32,000 nt of DNA from NCBI GenBank assembly GCA_963675515.1, contig OY776328.1:2610001-2642000 (forward strand). Direction: 5' to 3'. The stretch comes from Coprobacillaceae bacterium (lineage in GTDB: Bacteria > Bacillota_I > Bacilli_A > Erysipelotrichales > Coprobacillaceae). Both the position numbers and the translations under genes were made by a program. Below the pieces are notes generated by a model. That model saw only the letters and a program-made list of their open reading frames with translations, did no database searches and was not told the origin of the DNA. Below are positions 1-7,078 of this stretch, piece by piece (positions within the stretch are counted from its first letter, which is position 1; each line of letters begins with the position of its first letter).

Positions 1-849
1 AAGTCCCACTGCAAAAGGTTTGGCCTCCATCTCGACTCCAAGTCGATAAAGCAGATGGAAGCTGTCCCGGGCGCTATGTCCCAAAGCAAGAACCAGCTTG
101 TCGCATTCTTGTGTCTCCATCCCCCGGTTTGACATGGTCCTTATCGCCCTGACGCGGTTGTCCTTTGCGATTATGTCGACCATCTTCGTATTGAAAAGGA
201 TCTCGCCGCCCATTTCAAGGATGGACTTTCTCATGTTTTTGAGGATATTCACCAGCACATCCGAACCGATATGCGGTTTGGCGTCGTAAAGGATGTCTTC
301 ATGGGCTCCGTATTTCACAAACGTTTCCAGGATGAAATCCTTGCGCAAGTCCTTTACTCCGGTTGTAAGCTTCCCGTCCGAGAATGTTCCGGCCCCGCCT
401 TCGCCAAACTGGACATTGCTTGATGGATTGAGCAGACCGGTCTCCAGGAATGATTCCACGTCTTTTTGGCGTTGTTCCACCGGAGCCCCCTGTTCAATAA
501 GTAGCACCTTCTGGCCCCCGCGCGCCAGATTGTAGGCGCAAAACAAGCCCGCCGGCCCGCTGCCCACGACAATCACCCGATCTTGATTCGGTTTGATCTT
601 GGGATAATGGTAGGCTTGCACGCTTTGCAGGTTGAGCTTGCGGTTCGCCTTGATGACCTGTGGCTCGTTGTCCGTTTCAAACGTGAACGAGCAGATGAAC
701 GCCAGCTTGTTTTTCCGCCGGGCATCGACCGACTGTTTTACCAGTCTTACGTCTTTTATCTTGTTTTTTTGCAGGTTCAATAGCTGCGAAATTATCTGGC
801 GATAATTGCGGTCATCAAGACCCACTTTGACATTGTTTATTTTAAGCAT
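1..849 (-). CDS. FAD-dependent oxidoreductase, COG2509-like (partial; C-terminus runs off the left edge)
   Basis: Missing from the ORF track because it has no in-window stop. The reverse frame is open from ATG 849-847 to base 1 (283 codons). Translation: MLKINNVKVGLDD...RVIVVGSGPAGLFCAYNLARGG (GxGxxG Rossmann motif)...FGEGGAGTFSDGKLTTG. The start overlaps the upstream stop as ATGCTTAA. Confidence 0.8.
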   Translation of the reverse strand, partial: MLKINNVKVGLDDRNYRQIISQLLNLQKNKIKDVRLVKQSVDARRKNKLAFICSFTFETDNEPQVIKANRKLNLQSVQAYHYPKIKPNQDRVIVVGSGPAGLFCAYNLARGGQKVLLIEQGAPVEQRQKDVESFLETGLLNPSSNVQFGEGGAGTFSDGKLTTGVKDLRKDFILETFVKYGAHEDILYDAKPHIGSDVLVNILKNMRKSILEMGGEILFNTKMVDIIAKDNRVRAIRTMSNRGMETQECDKLVLALGHSARDSFHLLYRLGVEMEAKPFAVGL

Positions 850-1960
850 TTTTCATTGCCTCCATAATGGCCTGACACGCCTTTTTTGCCGATGTGAAGG
901 CGAAATGGAGATTATATCCGCCACAATCGCCATCCACATCCAAAGCCTCACCTATTATATAATAATTGGGCCACGATTTTAAAGAGAAATCGTCATTGAT
1001 ATCCCCGATATCGACGCCCCCCCGCATCACCTGGGCCCTGGAAAAATCCAGGGTTCCGGTTACTTGGAAACCAAAGTTCTTGTAGTCGGTGATATTCGCT
1101 GCTTTGAGCACATTGGCCAGCTTCTCGACAAAGATAAGCTTGCGGTAATCCCCGCCGAACCGTTCAAGATGTTCCTCGTGCAGCTTTATGGCCTGTTCCC
1201 GCGAAAAATTGGGGAGGAGATCGACCACGACTTCAACTTTCGAGTTTTTATATTCATTGTAATAGCGGCTCAACTCCATGATGCAGATACCCGACAGGCC
1301 GGTTTCATTGAACAGCACCTCTCCGATGCGCCACGTGATTTCCCGGTTGTCCGCTTTCAGGGTCACCTTGGCCTTGACCCGGACCCCTTTTAGCTGGGGA
1401 TAGACCGGACTGGTTTTTAACATGACAAGTACCGGCTGCCACGGAATGATATGCACCGGCAACGAGGCGTTGAGACTTTCGACAATCGGATTGTATCCGC
1501 CGGCAATCGAACCCGTCGCATTGATCACGAAATCGCAAACCAGGACACCCTTGTTGGTTTCGACAAGGAATGCCTCGTTTTTTTTCACCGCAAATACCTG
1601 GGTTTCAAGCATTACTTCGACATTGTCCATATTCATCAAAAAGGCTTCAAGCACGGTCTTGGCGCTTGAAGAATATGGGTAGACCAGGTTGTTGTCGAAA
1701 CGCACCGGCATTCCCAGCCGGTCGAATTCTTCCACAACCTTAAATGAGCTAAGATCCTTCAAAAAACGCTCCCCATTGTAATATCTGGTCTGGTCAATTG
1801 CCATATTGGATATGTTGCCCCGGCCGTTCCCGGTCGCCAGGAGTTTTTTTCCCAGCTTGTTGTTCTGTTCGATCAAGATCACGCGACAGCCACTTGAATT
1901 GAGCTGGCTGGCCGCAAAAAGTCCGGCTGCCCCACCGCCGATTATTATTATTGTTTTCAT
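842..1960 (-). CDS. NAD(P)/FAD-dependent oxidoreductase, HI0933/YhiN-like flavoprotein
   Basis: ORF 842..1972. The N-terminus MKTIIIIGGGAAGLFAAS is a dinucleotide-binding motif. The track start at 1972 is TTG. ATG at 1960 is preferred because GAGGAG lies just upstream. Confidence 0.85.
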   Translation of the reverse strand: MKTIIIIGGGAAGLFAASQLNSSGCRVILIEQNNKLGKKLLATGNGRGNISNMAIDQTRYYNGERFLKDLSSFKVVEEFDRLGMPVRFDNNLVYPYSSSAKTVLEAFLMNMDNVEVMLETQVFAVKKNEAFLVETNKGVLVCDFVINATGSIAGGYNPIVESLNASLPVHIIPWQPVLVMLKTSPVYPQLKGVRVKAKVTLKADNREITWRIGEVLFNETGLSGICIMELSRYYNEYKNSKVEVVVDLLPNFSREQAIKLHEEHLERFGGDYRKLIFVEKLANVLKAANITDYKNFGFQVTGTLDFSRAQVMRGGVDIGDINDDFSLKSWPNYYIIGEALDVDGDCGGYNLHFAFTSAKKACQAIMEAMKNA

Positions 1961-1985
1961 AAGACTCCTCAATTGCTACCCATAT

Positions 1986-1994
1986 ATTTTACCA
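1986..1994 (-). promoter_or_regulatory. Candidate extended -10 promoter element (TGGTAAAAT) for the flavoprotein operon
   Basis: The minus strand reads TGTGGTAAAATATATG about 20 nt upstream of the start codon. The same 16-mer recurs at 5279-5294 upstream of the EamA gene. Confidence 0.35.
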
Positions 1995-2138
1995 CATTCA
2001 ACAACATATTTACATAATTTGCCTTCAGAAGCAACAGTAAAATTGCTCGAAGCGCCACTTCCGTGGCCAGTTGGTTGCACCGCGACCATTTTGACGCCAC
2101 CGATGGCTGGTTAATTGACCGCAAATTTCCAAGTTTCC

Positions 2139-2167
2139 TTGCAATGAATTTGTTTTTTTTATATAAT
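2139..2167 (+). promoter_or_regulatory. Sigma-A type promoter for yebC
   Basis: TTGCAA, a 17-nt spacer, then TATAAT (2162-2167). It lies about 35 nt upstream of ATG 2201, which is preceded by the RBS ACAGGAGGA. Confidence 0.6.
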
Positions 2168-2200
2168 TATGTGGAATTCGAAAACAGGAGGAATTAGACT

Positions 2201-2935
2201 ATGGGTAGAGCACATGAAGTGCGCAAAGTTGCAATGGCCAAGACAGCAGCCGCAAAATCAAAATTATATTCAAGTTACGGTAAAGAAATTTACCTGCTTG
2301 CGAAAGCTGGTGGTCCTGACCCGGATTCTAACTTATCGTTAAGACGAATTATCGACAAAGCGAAAAAAAATCAGGTTCCCGCTGACGTCATCAAAAGAGC
2401 CTTGGACAAGGTCAAACAAGGGGTCACCGAAGACTATCAGGAAAAAGTGTTCGAGGGGTACGGCCCTAACGGTTCAACCGTTATCGTCAAGTGTCTTACC
2501 GACAATATGAACCGGACTATTTCATTTGTCCGCCCGGCTTTCACCAAATCAAAATCAAAACTGGGAAACGAAGGATCGGTTTCTTTCAACTATGACACTT
2601 TTTCACTTTTGACTTTCAAAGGCCTGAATGAAGAAGAAACATTGGAAGCATTGATGGAAGGCGATGTTGACTGCCGTGATATCGAGATGAACGATGAAGG
2701 TTTCATTGAAATCACCGGAGAACCGACTGATCTTTACAAAATCAAAGGTGCGATCGAACAGGCATGTCCGAGCGCGGAATTTGACATCGAGGAGATCATC
2801 ACCGAACCAAACGAGTATGTGACTCTTGAAGGTGAGGACATGGAGCTTTTCGAACGATTGATGCGTCTGTTAAACGAGTGTGAGGATGTCGACACGATTT
2901 ACCACAACGTTGAAAACTACGAAGAAGCAGAATAA
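2201..2935 (+). CDS. yebC: YebC/PmpR family DNA-binding transcriptional regulator
   Basis: 244 aa. The N-terminus MGRAHEVRKVAMAKTAAAKSKLYSSYGKEIYLLAKAGGPDPDSNLSLRRIIDKAKKNQVPADVIKRAL is characteristic of the YebC/TACO1 family. Strong RBS. Confidence 0.9.
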   Translation: MGRAHEVRKVAMAKTAAAKSKLYSSYGKEIYLLAKAGGPDPDSNLSLRRIIDKAKKNQVPADVIKRALDKVKQGVTEDYQEKVFEGYGPNGSTVIVKCLTDNMNRTISFVRPAFTKSKSKLGNEGSVSFNYDTFSLLTFKGLNEEETLEALMEGDVDCRDIEMNDEGFIEITGEPTDLYKIKGAIEQACPSAEFDIEEIITEPNEYVTLEGEDMELFERLMRLLNECEDVDTIYHNVENYEEAE

Positions 2936-2938
2936 GGA

Positions 2939-2965
2939 AATCACCTGAGAGGGTGATTTTTTATT
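2939..2965 (+). terminator. Intrinsic terminator of yebC
   Basis: Stem AATCACC / GGTGATT with loop TGAGAG, followed by TTTTATT, starting 4 nt after the stop codon. Confidence 0.7.
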
Positions 2966-3021
2966 AAACATATTACAGACAGGTTATTCCTGATTTAATT
3001 GTGGGTCCCTCTGGATTCTTG

Positions 3022-3137
3022 CGTTTTACACCTGACAGACCTGAAAACAGGCCAAAGTCCCTATGGATAAGGGACTTTGGCCTGTTTTTTCAATATTTCA
3101 TTTTCGTACTATTTCTTGATCTTACATTTCGGGCAGT
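3022..3137 (-). mobile_element. Solo right-end remnant of an IS1634-family element (no transposase gene)
   Basis: 3095-3119 is identical (25/25) to the reverse complement of 17594-17618, the 3' end of the IS1634-type transposase gene. It is followed by an equivalently placed long hairpin, and the outer end reads CGTTTTACAC, the same terminal repeat core as both ends of the intact element. Confidence 0.7.
3044..3090. terminator. 19-bp perfect hairpin, bidirectional terminator candidate (part of the IS remnant)
   Basis: AAAACAGGCCAAAGTCCCT / loop ATGGATA / AGGGACTTTGGCCTGTTTT. It is followed by a T6 run on the plus strand and TTTTC on the minus strand. It lies 50 nt downstream of the carboxypeptidase stop codon. 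Confidence 0.6.
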
Positions 3138-3139
3138 TT

Positions 3140-4384
3140 TCATTTTCGCCTCTTTTTGAGCTTATGTGACACGAGCCATAAAAGCATGAAGGCAAAACTC
3201 AAGATCAAAGCCGTAAGATATGGAAAGACCAGTTCAAGAGGATGATGGAAGAAATAAGCCACCTGGTCTCTTGGAACGTCATCCCTGACAACGAGTTCGA
3301 GTTCGTCGATCATGATCCCATCATAACTGATGACAACTTTCCCGGCTATCTGAGAAGCGCTAAGTGGCGCCTCGAGAGTATCGATCTGGTAGTCAAACTC
3401 CAGATTATCCTGGTAGTTTCCAGGCAAAAAGGCAACGGCTTCATCCTTGGCAATGAGTGCCACCTGGTCAGATGATCCATCCAGCACATCACCGGTGGTA
3501 AGCTGCTCAAGGGCGCCGATCATGGTGACATCGCCATAGTTGGCGGCAACATATTTTGTCAGGGTCATCGTGTCGGCCATGGTCGGTGAATGCTGGGTGT
3601 CGGTCTTGTCCGCTTTGGCGACCACGACTGCGATCTTGTGATTGTTCGCGGTGGTCAAAGAAGCCAGGGTGTGGCTTGACATTGAAGTGTAACCCGACTT
3701 GCACCCGATCAGGCTGCTTGTGTCGATGCCGCCGTTGTTCGCATTGTAGACAACCCGCTTGTACCAGGTATGCAGATTGTCTGAACTGGTCGCCTTGTTT
3801 TGCGATAGAAGCTCATCAAAACCTTCGAGGGAACTCGCATAGCTAAGCAGCATTGCCATGTCGTAGGCGGTGGTGTAGTGATTGTCATCATGGATTCCTG
3901 TAGTATTGGTGAAATGGGTTCCGGTAAGATTCAAACTGGCCACCAGCTCATTCATCTTGGCGACTATCGCCTCTTGCGAACCGAAAAGATTGAACCCAAG
4001 CGCCCGGCAGGCATCGGCTCCCGAAGGAATCAGCGCCCCCATGATAAGATCACGGTAAGTGACCGTCTCACCCACGGTGAAATTGGCCGACGAAGCGCCT
4101 GTCTCGTATAAGGTCTCGAGATCCCGGTCGGTGATGACTGTCGCGGCATCAAGATCATCGATCAATGGCAGGCTTACCGCTACGGTTACGATCTTGGTTA
4201 TGCTTGCGGGAAACATTTTTTCATAGGCGTTTTTCTGGGCCAGGACCATCCCGGTTTGCGTGTCCAGGGCGACTGCATAATTGGCATAGAGATTAAGGTT
4301 CGTATTCGCACTGGCAGCTTCGACCTGGATAATATCGACAAATCCGATAAGCAAACATATAATTATAGCGATTAACTTTTTCAT
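3140..4384 (-). CDS. D-alanyl-D-alanine carboxypeptidase (peptidase S11, low-molecular-weight PBP)
   Basis: 414 aa with an N-terminal signal peptide (MKKLIAIIICLLIGF). It has SxxK as SITK, a KTG-like KSG(YT) motif, and a C-terminal hydrophobic anchor followed by KLKKRRK. The start overlaps the EamA stop as ATGA. Confidence 0.85.
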   Translation of the reverse strand: MKKLIAIIICLLIGFVDIIQVEAASANTNLNLYANYAVALDTQTGMVLAQKNAYEKMFPASITKIVTVAVSLPLIDDLDAATVITDRDLETLYETGASSANFTVGETVTYRDLIMGALIPSGADACRALGFNLFGSQEAIVAKMNELVASLNLTGTHFTNTTGIHDDNHYTTAYDMAMLLSYASSLEGFDELLSQNKATSSDNLHTWYKRVVYNANNGGIDTSSLIGCKSGYTSMSSHTLASLTTANNHKIAVVVAKADKTDTQHSPTMADTMTLTKYVAANYGDVTMIGALEQLTTGDVLDGSSDQVALIAKDEAVAFLPGNYQDNLEFDYQIDTLEAPLSASQIAGKVVISYDGIMIDELELVVRDDVPRDQVAYFFHHPLELVFPYLTALILSFAFMLLWLVSHKLKKRRK

Positions 4385-5265
4385 AATTCCCCCTTGAACG
4401 ATTTTAGAAATTTAAGCTTGGTTGTGGAAATGACGATGGCACCGAATATCATGGCGAATCCGGCGACAAGGCGGATGGTTACTGGCTCGCCATAGAGAAT
4501 CGAGAAAAAGACACTGAAGACGCTTTCGAGTGAAAGCAGGAGACTCCCGGTCAGGGCATTGGCCTTTTCCAGGCCGATGTTCTGGAAAAGCAGGGCCAGG
4601 GCTGAGCAAAACACCGCCAGGTATCCGAGTACGAAAACCATCTTCAAATCGATGTTCGCCAGACTTGACCAGCCTTCAAACAGGCTGGCATAAACCCCCG
4701 CTAGAAAAGACGTGGTCGCAAAAGATACAAAGGCCATTTCATAGGGATTGACACTACGGGCAAACCAGCTGATGGCAAGGATGTGGCAGGCAAAGAAAAA
4801 ACCCGCCAGCACCGACAATCCATCACCAAGACCGACGGCGAATGTTCCGGTAAGGCTGATCAGACCAACCCCGCCAAGACACATTAGCGCACACAGGAAA
4901 TTGTATCCGTCCGGTCTCTTCCTATAGGCCAGCCAATGCAAAAAAGGCAGGAAGGCCACATAAACCGCAGTCAAAAAGGCGTTCTTGGCCGAAGTTGTGG
5001 TCATCAGACCCAATGTCTGCACCAGAAATGCCCCAAACAACAAAACCCCGATCAGGGCTCCCTTTAACGTTTTGGCAAGATCCAGACTTCTCAGTTTTTT
5101 GGAAAAAAGAATGTATATGACCAGACTGGCAACAAAAAAACGGACCGCCAGCAGGACTCCGGTCGACAGGCTGTTGAGTGACTCTTTCATTATGACAAAG
5201 GAACTCCCCCAGATCAATGCCGCCAGGATCAGAAGCATTTCTGCTTGATACTTGAAAACTCTCAT
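4381..5265 (-). CDS. EamA/DMT superfamily transporter
   Basis: 294 aa with about 10 predicted TM segments in two repeated halves, typical of EamA domains. RBS GCAGGAG upstream. Confidence 0.8.
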   Translation of the reverse strand: MRVFKYQAEMLLILAALIWGSSFVIMKESLNSLSTGVLLAVRFFVASLVIYILFSKKLRSLDLAKTLKGALIGVLLFGAFLVQTLGLMTTTSAKNAFLTAVYVAFLPFLHWLAYRKRPDGYNFLCALMCLGGVGLISLTGTFAVGLGDGLSVLAGFFFACHILAISWFARSVNPYEMAFVSFATTSFLAGVYASLFEGWSSLANIDLKMVFVLGYLAVFCSALALLFQNIGLEKANALTGSLLLSLESVFSVFFSILYGEPVTIRLVAGFAMIFGAIVISTTKLKFLKSFKGEL

Positions 5266-5283
5266 TTAATCACTCCTGCATAT

Positions 5284-5311
5284 ATTTTACCACACTTAAG
5301 AGTGTACATAA
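5284..5311 (-). promoter_or_regulatory. Candidate promoter of the EamA-carboxypeptidase operon
   Basis: The minus strand reads TTATGT, a 16-nt spacer, then (TGG)TAAAAT. It shares the 16-mer CATATATTTTACCACA with 1981-1996. Confidence 0.4.
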
Positions 5312-5312
5312 A

Positions 5313-5339
5313 CAAAAAAATCAGGGTCTTACCCTGATC
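5313..5339 (-). terminator. Intrinsic terminator of the ABC transporter operon
   Basis: The minus strand reads ATCAGGGT-AAGA-CCCTGAT followed by T7. The hairpin overlaps the permease stop codon. Confidence 0.7.
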
Positions 5340-6144
5340 AGATATTGAAATCGCGTTTATTGTAGACCAGACCGCCCAAAAAGATCACTGCGAACATGGC
5401 GACAATGAAAACCCCGAACAGAAAAAACACATCGCTGTTTAGATTCATGGCATTCGCCGCTTCAAAGACCTTGAAAGGGGAAATGTTTGTCATCAGTTCG
5501 TTTTCCAGCAGGCTGCCCAGATACCCCAGCATGTAGAATGTGATAACCCCCCCGCTGGCGACAAGACCGGTCGGCACTCTGGCGGTAAGGCCGCCGACAA
5601 AAAGCGCAATTGCCATGAAGAAAAAAGGAACGATTCCAGTTATCTTCATTATCGTCAAAGCGTCCATCGCCACGAAAGTCTCGCCCCCGTTGATGAACCC
5701 GCAAAGCAGGGCGGAAACATCCATGGCCAGTGAAACAACCAATACAGCGACAAAGCTGGTCAGGATCTTGGAGATGAATATCTCCATCCTGGAAACCGGC
5801 AGGCCGTAGAGGAATTCAATCGACTTGATTTTCTCCTCATTGTAGATCAGGGTCCCCGCGAATGTAGCGGCAAAGAAAGAGACAACCAGGGTGAAAAGAG
5901 AGAAGATCATCCCGTAATAGGAGATCCAGTTGGTCATGACCGCGAACGATTCCACTCCCATGAACTCAAGAATCTCCTTGGGCATGGCATCGAATTTTAC
6001 CTGTCCTAGATCCTTCATCGATTCGAAAAGGATCATGTACAAAAACATCATCGAAAACACCCCGATGGACCAGCCCATGATATAGTTCTTCTTATTGTTG
6101 AGCTGGAACTTCGTCAGCTTGAGAACATTCATTGCCATAATCAT
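5338..6144 (-). CDS. ABC-2 type transporter permease
   Basis: 268 aa and polytopic (about 6 TM segments). The start overlaps the ATPase stop as ATGA, and GGGGAAGGTG lies upstream. Confidence 0.8.
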   Translation of the reverse strand: MIMAMNVLKLTKFQLNNKKNYIMGWSIGVFSMMFLYMILFESMKDLGQVKFDAMPKEILEFMGVESFAVMTNWISYYGMIFSLFTLVVSFFAATFAGTLIYNEEKIKSIEFLYGLPVSRMEIFISKILTSFVAVLVVSLAMDVSALLCGFINGGETFVAMDALTIMKITGIVPFFFMAIALFVGGLTARVPTGLVASGGVITFYMLGYLGSLLENELMTNISPFKVFEAANAMNLNSDVFFLFGVFIVAMFAVIFLGGLVYNKRDFNI

Positions 6145-6965
6145 TCACCTTCCCCTTCATAAAATCCGATAAACTCGGATTCGACGCTCTTGTTTTTGAT
6201 TTCCAGGTACTCAAGATCCATCTTGGCGAGTTCCCTGACAAGTTCATTGATGTCGCCGTTTAAATCGTGGCGGACTTCCTGGCCATCACTGGTCTTGTAC
6301 TCGACGACCTGCTGATGCTTGATGGAAACCTTGTCAAGGTCCACCACATCGACAATCTTGCCATCCTTGATTATTGCCACCTCGTCACAATACCGCTCGA
6401 TTTCAAGCAGGTTGTGGGATGACAGGAAAACGGTGGCCCCTGCTTCCTTTTGTTGCAGGATCAGATCGAAGAACTTCTTTTGCATCAGCGGATCCAGTCC
6501 GCTGGTCGGTTCATCGAGGATCAAAACGTCACTATCCTTGAGCAGCATGGCGATAATCGAAACCTTCTTCTTGTTGCCAAGCGACAGCTCGGCGATTTTC
6601 TTGTTCAAATCAAGCTCGAAATACTTGGCCAGAGCCACCATATCCTCTTTCGACTTTCCTGAAAACTCCAGGTTGAAATCGAAGAATTTGGAAACCTTGA
6701 GATTGTCATAGTACGTTATATCGCTGGGCATGTAGCTGGTGAATCCCTTGATCTGCTTGGATTCTTTTATCGCATCGAGATTGTTGATGAATACCTGCCC
6801 ACTTGTAGGCATAAGCATATTCATCATAACCCTGATGGTAGTCGATTTACCCGCTCCGTTCTTTCCTACGAAACCGTAAATCCTGCCTTTTTCAATCTTC
6901 AGGGAAATATCGTCAACCGCGGTGAAATCCCCGAACTTCTTGGTCAAATCATTGATTTCTATCAT
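6141..6965 (-). CDS. ABC transporter ATP-binding protein
   Basis: 274 aa. Walker A is GKNGAGKST, the signature motif is LSLGNKKK, and Walker B is LILDEPTSGLD. RBS GAAGGAG. Confidence 0.92.
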   Translation of the reverse strand: MIEINDLTKKFGDFTAVDDISLKIEKGRIYGFVGKNGAGKSTTIRVMMNMLMPTSGQVFINNLDAIKESKQIKGFTSYMPSDITYYDNLKVSKFFDFNLEFSGKSKEDMVALAKYFELDLNKKIAELSLGNKKKVSIIAMLLKDSDVLILDEPTSGLDPLMQKKFFDLILQQKEAGATVFLSSHNLLEIERYCDEVAIIKDGKIVDVVDLDKVSIKHQQVVEYKTSDGQEVRHDLNGDINELVRELAKMDLEYLEIKNKSVESEFIGFYEGEGE

Positions 6966-7000
6966 TTTAAGACTCCTTCAATTTGTGTCTTCATACCTAA

Positions 7001-7029
7001 ATTATACACTTGCGAACCTGTTTGGTCAA
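7001..7029 (-). promoter_or_regulatory. Sigma-A type promoter of the ABC operon
   Basis: The minus strand reads TTGACC, a 17-nt spacer, then TATAAT, located between the ileS terminator and the ATPase RBS. Confidence 0.65.
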
Positions 7030-7040
7030 ACTTGGCGTCT

Positions 7041-7070
7041 AAAAAAAGGTTTTTACCGAAGTAAAAACCT
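7041..7070 (-). terminator. Intrinsic terminator of ileS
   Basis: 10-bp stem AGGTTTTTAC / GTAAAAACCT with a 4-nt loop, followed by T7 on the minus strand, 9 nt after the ileS stop. Confidence 0.8.
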
Positions 7071-7078
7071 TGAGGTTA

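Noticed and set aside
98-783. Plus-strand ORFs 98..289, 293..535 and 583..783, and the minus-strand ORF 354..572 from the track.
   Set aside because: All lie inside a longer minus-strand frame that is open from 849 to base 1. That frame encodes a clear FAD-binding protein with a GxGxxG motif. The listed ORFs have no recognisable motifs or RBS.
2036-2130. GC-rich island in an otherwise AT-rich divergent intergenic region. It contains a small hairpin (GCCAC-TTCC-GTGGC) and a possible 37-codon minus-strand ORF (MVAVQPTGHGSGASSNFTVASEGKLCKYVVECGKIYG).
   Set aside because: I could not match it to any riboswitch or sRNA consensus. The small ORF has only a weak SD and runs through the predicted promoter. 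It may be a decayed coding remnant. It would only be worth revisiting with a covariance-model scan or RNA-seq.
5338-6965. The ABC-2 permease/ATPase pair as a candidate novel resistance or immunity system.
   Set aside because: It is a standard two-gene ABC-2 exporter with its own promoter and terminator. No adjacent sensor, regulator, peptide or biosynthetic gene suggests a specialised system.
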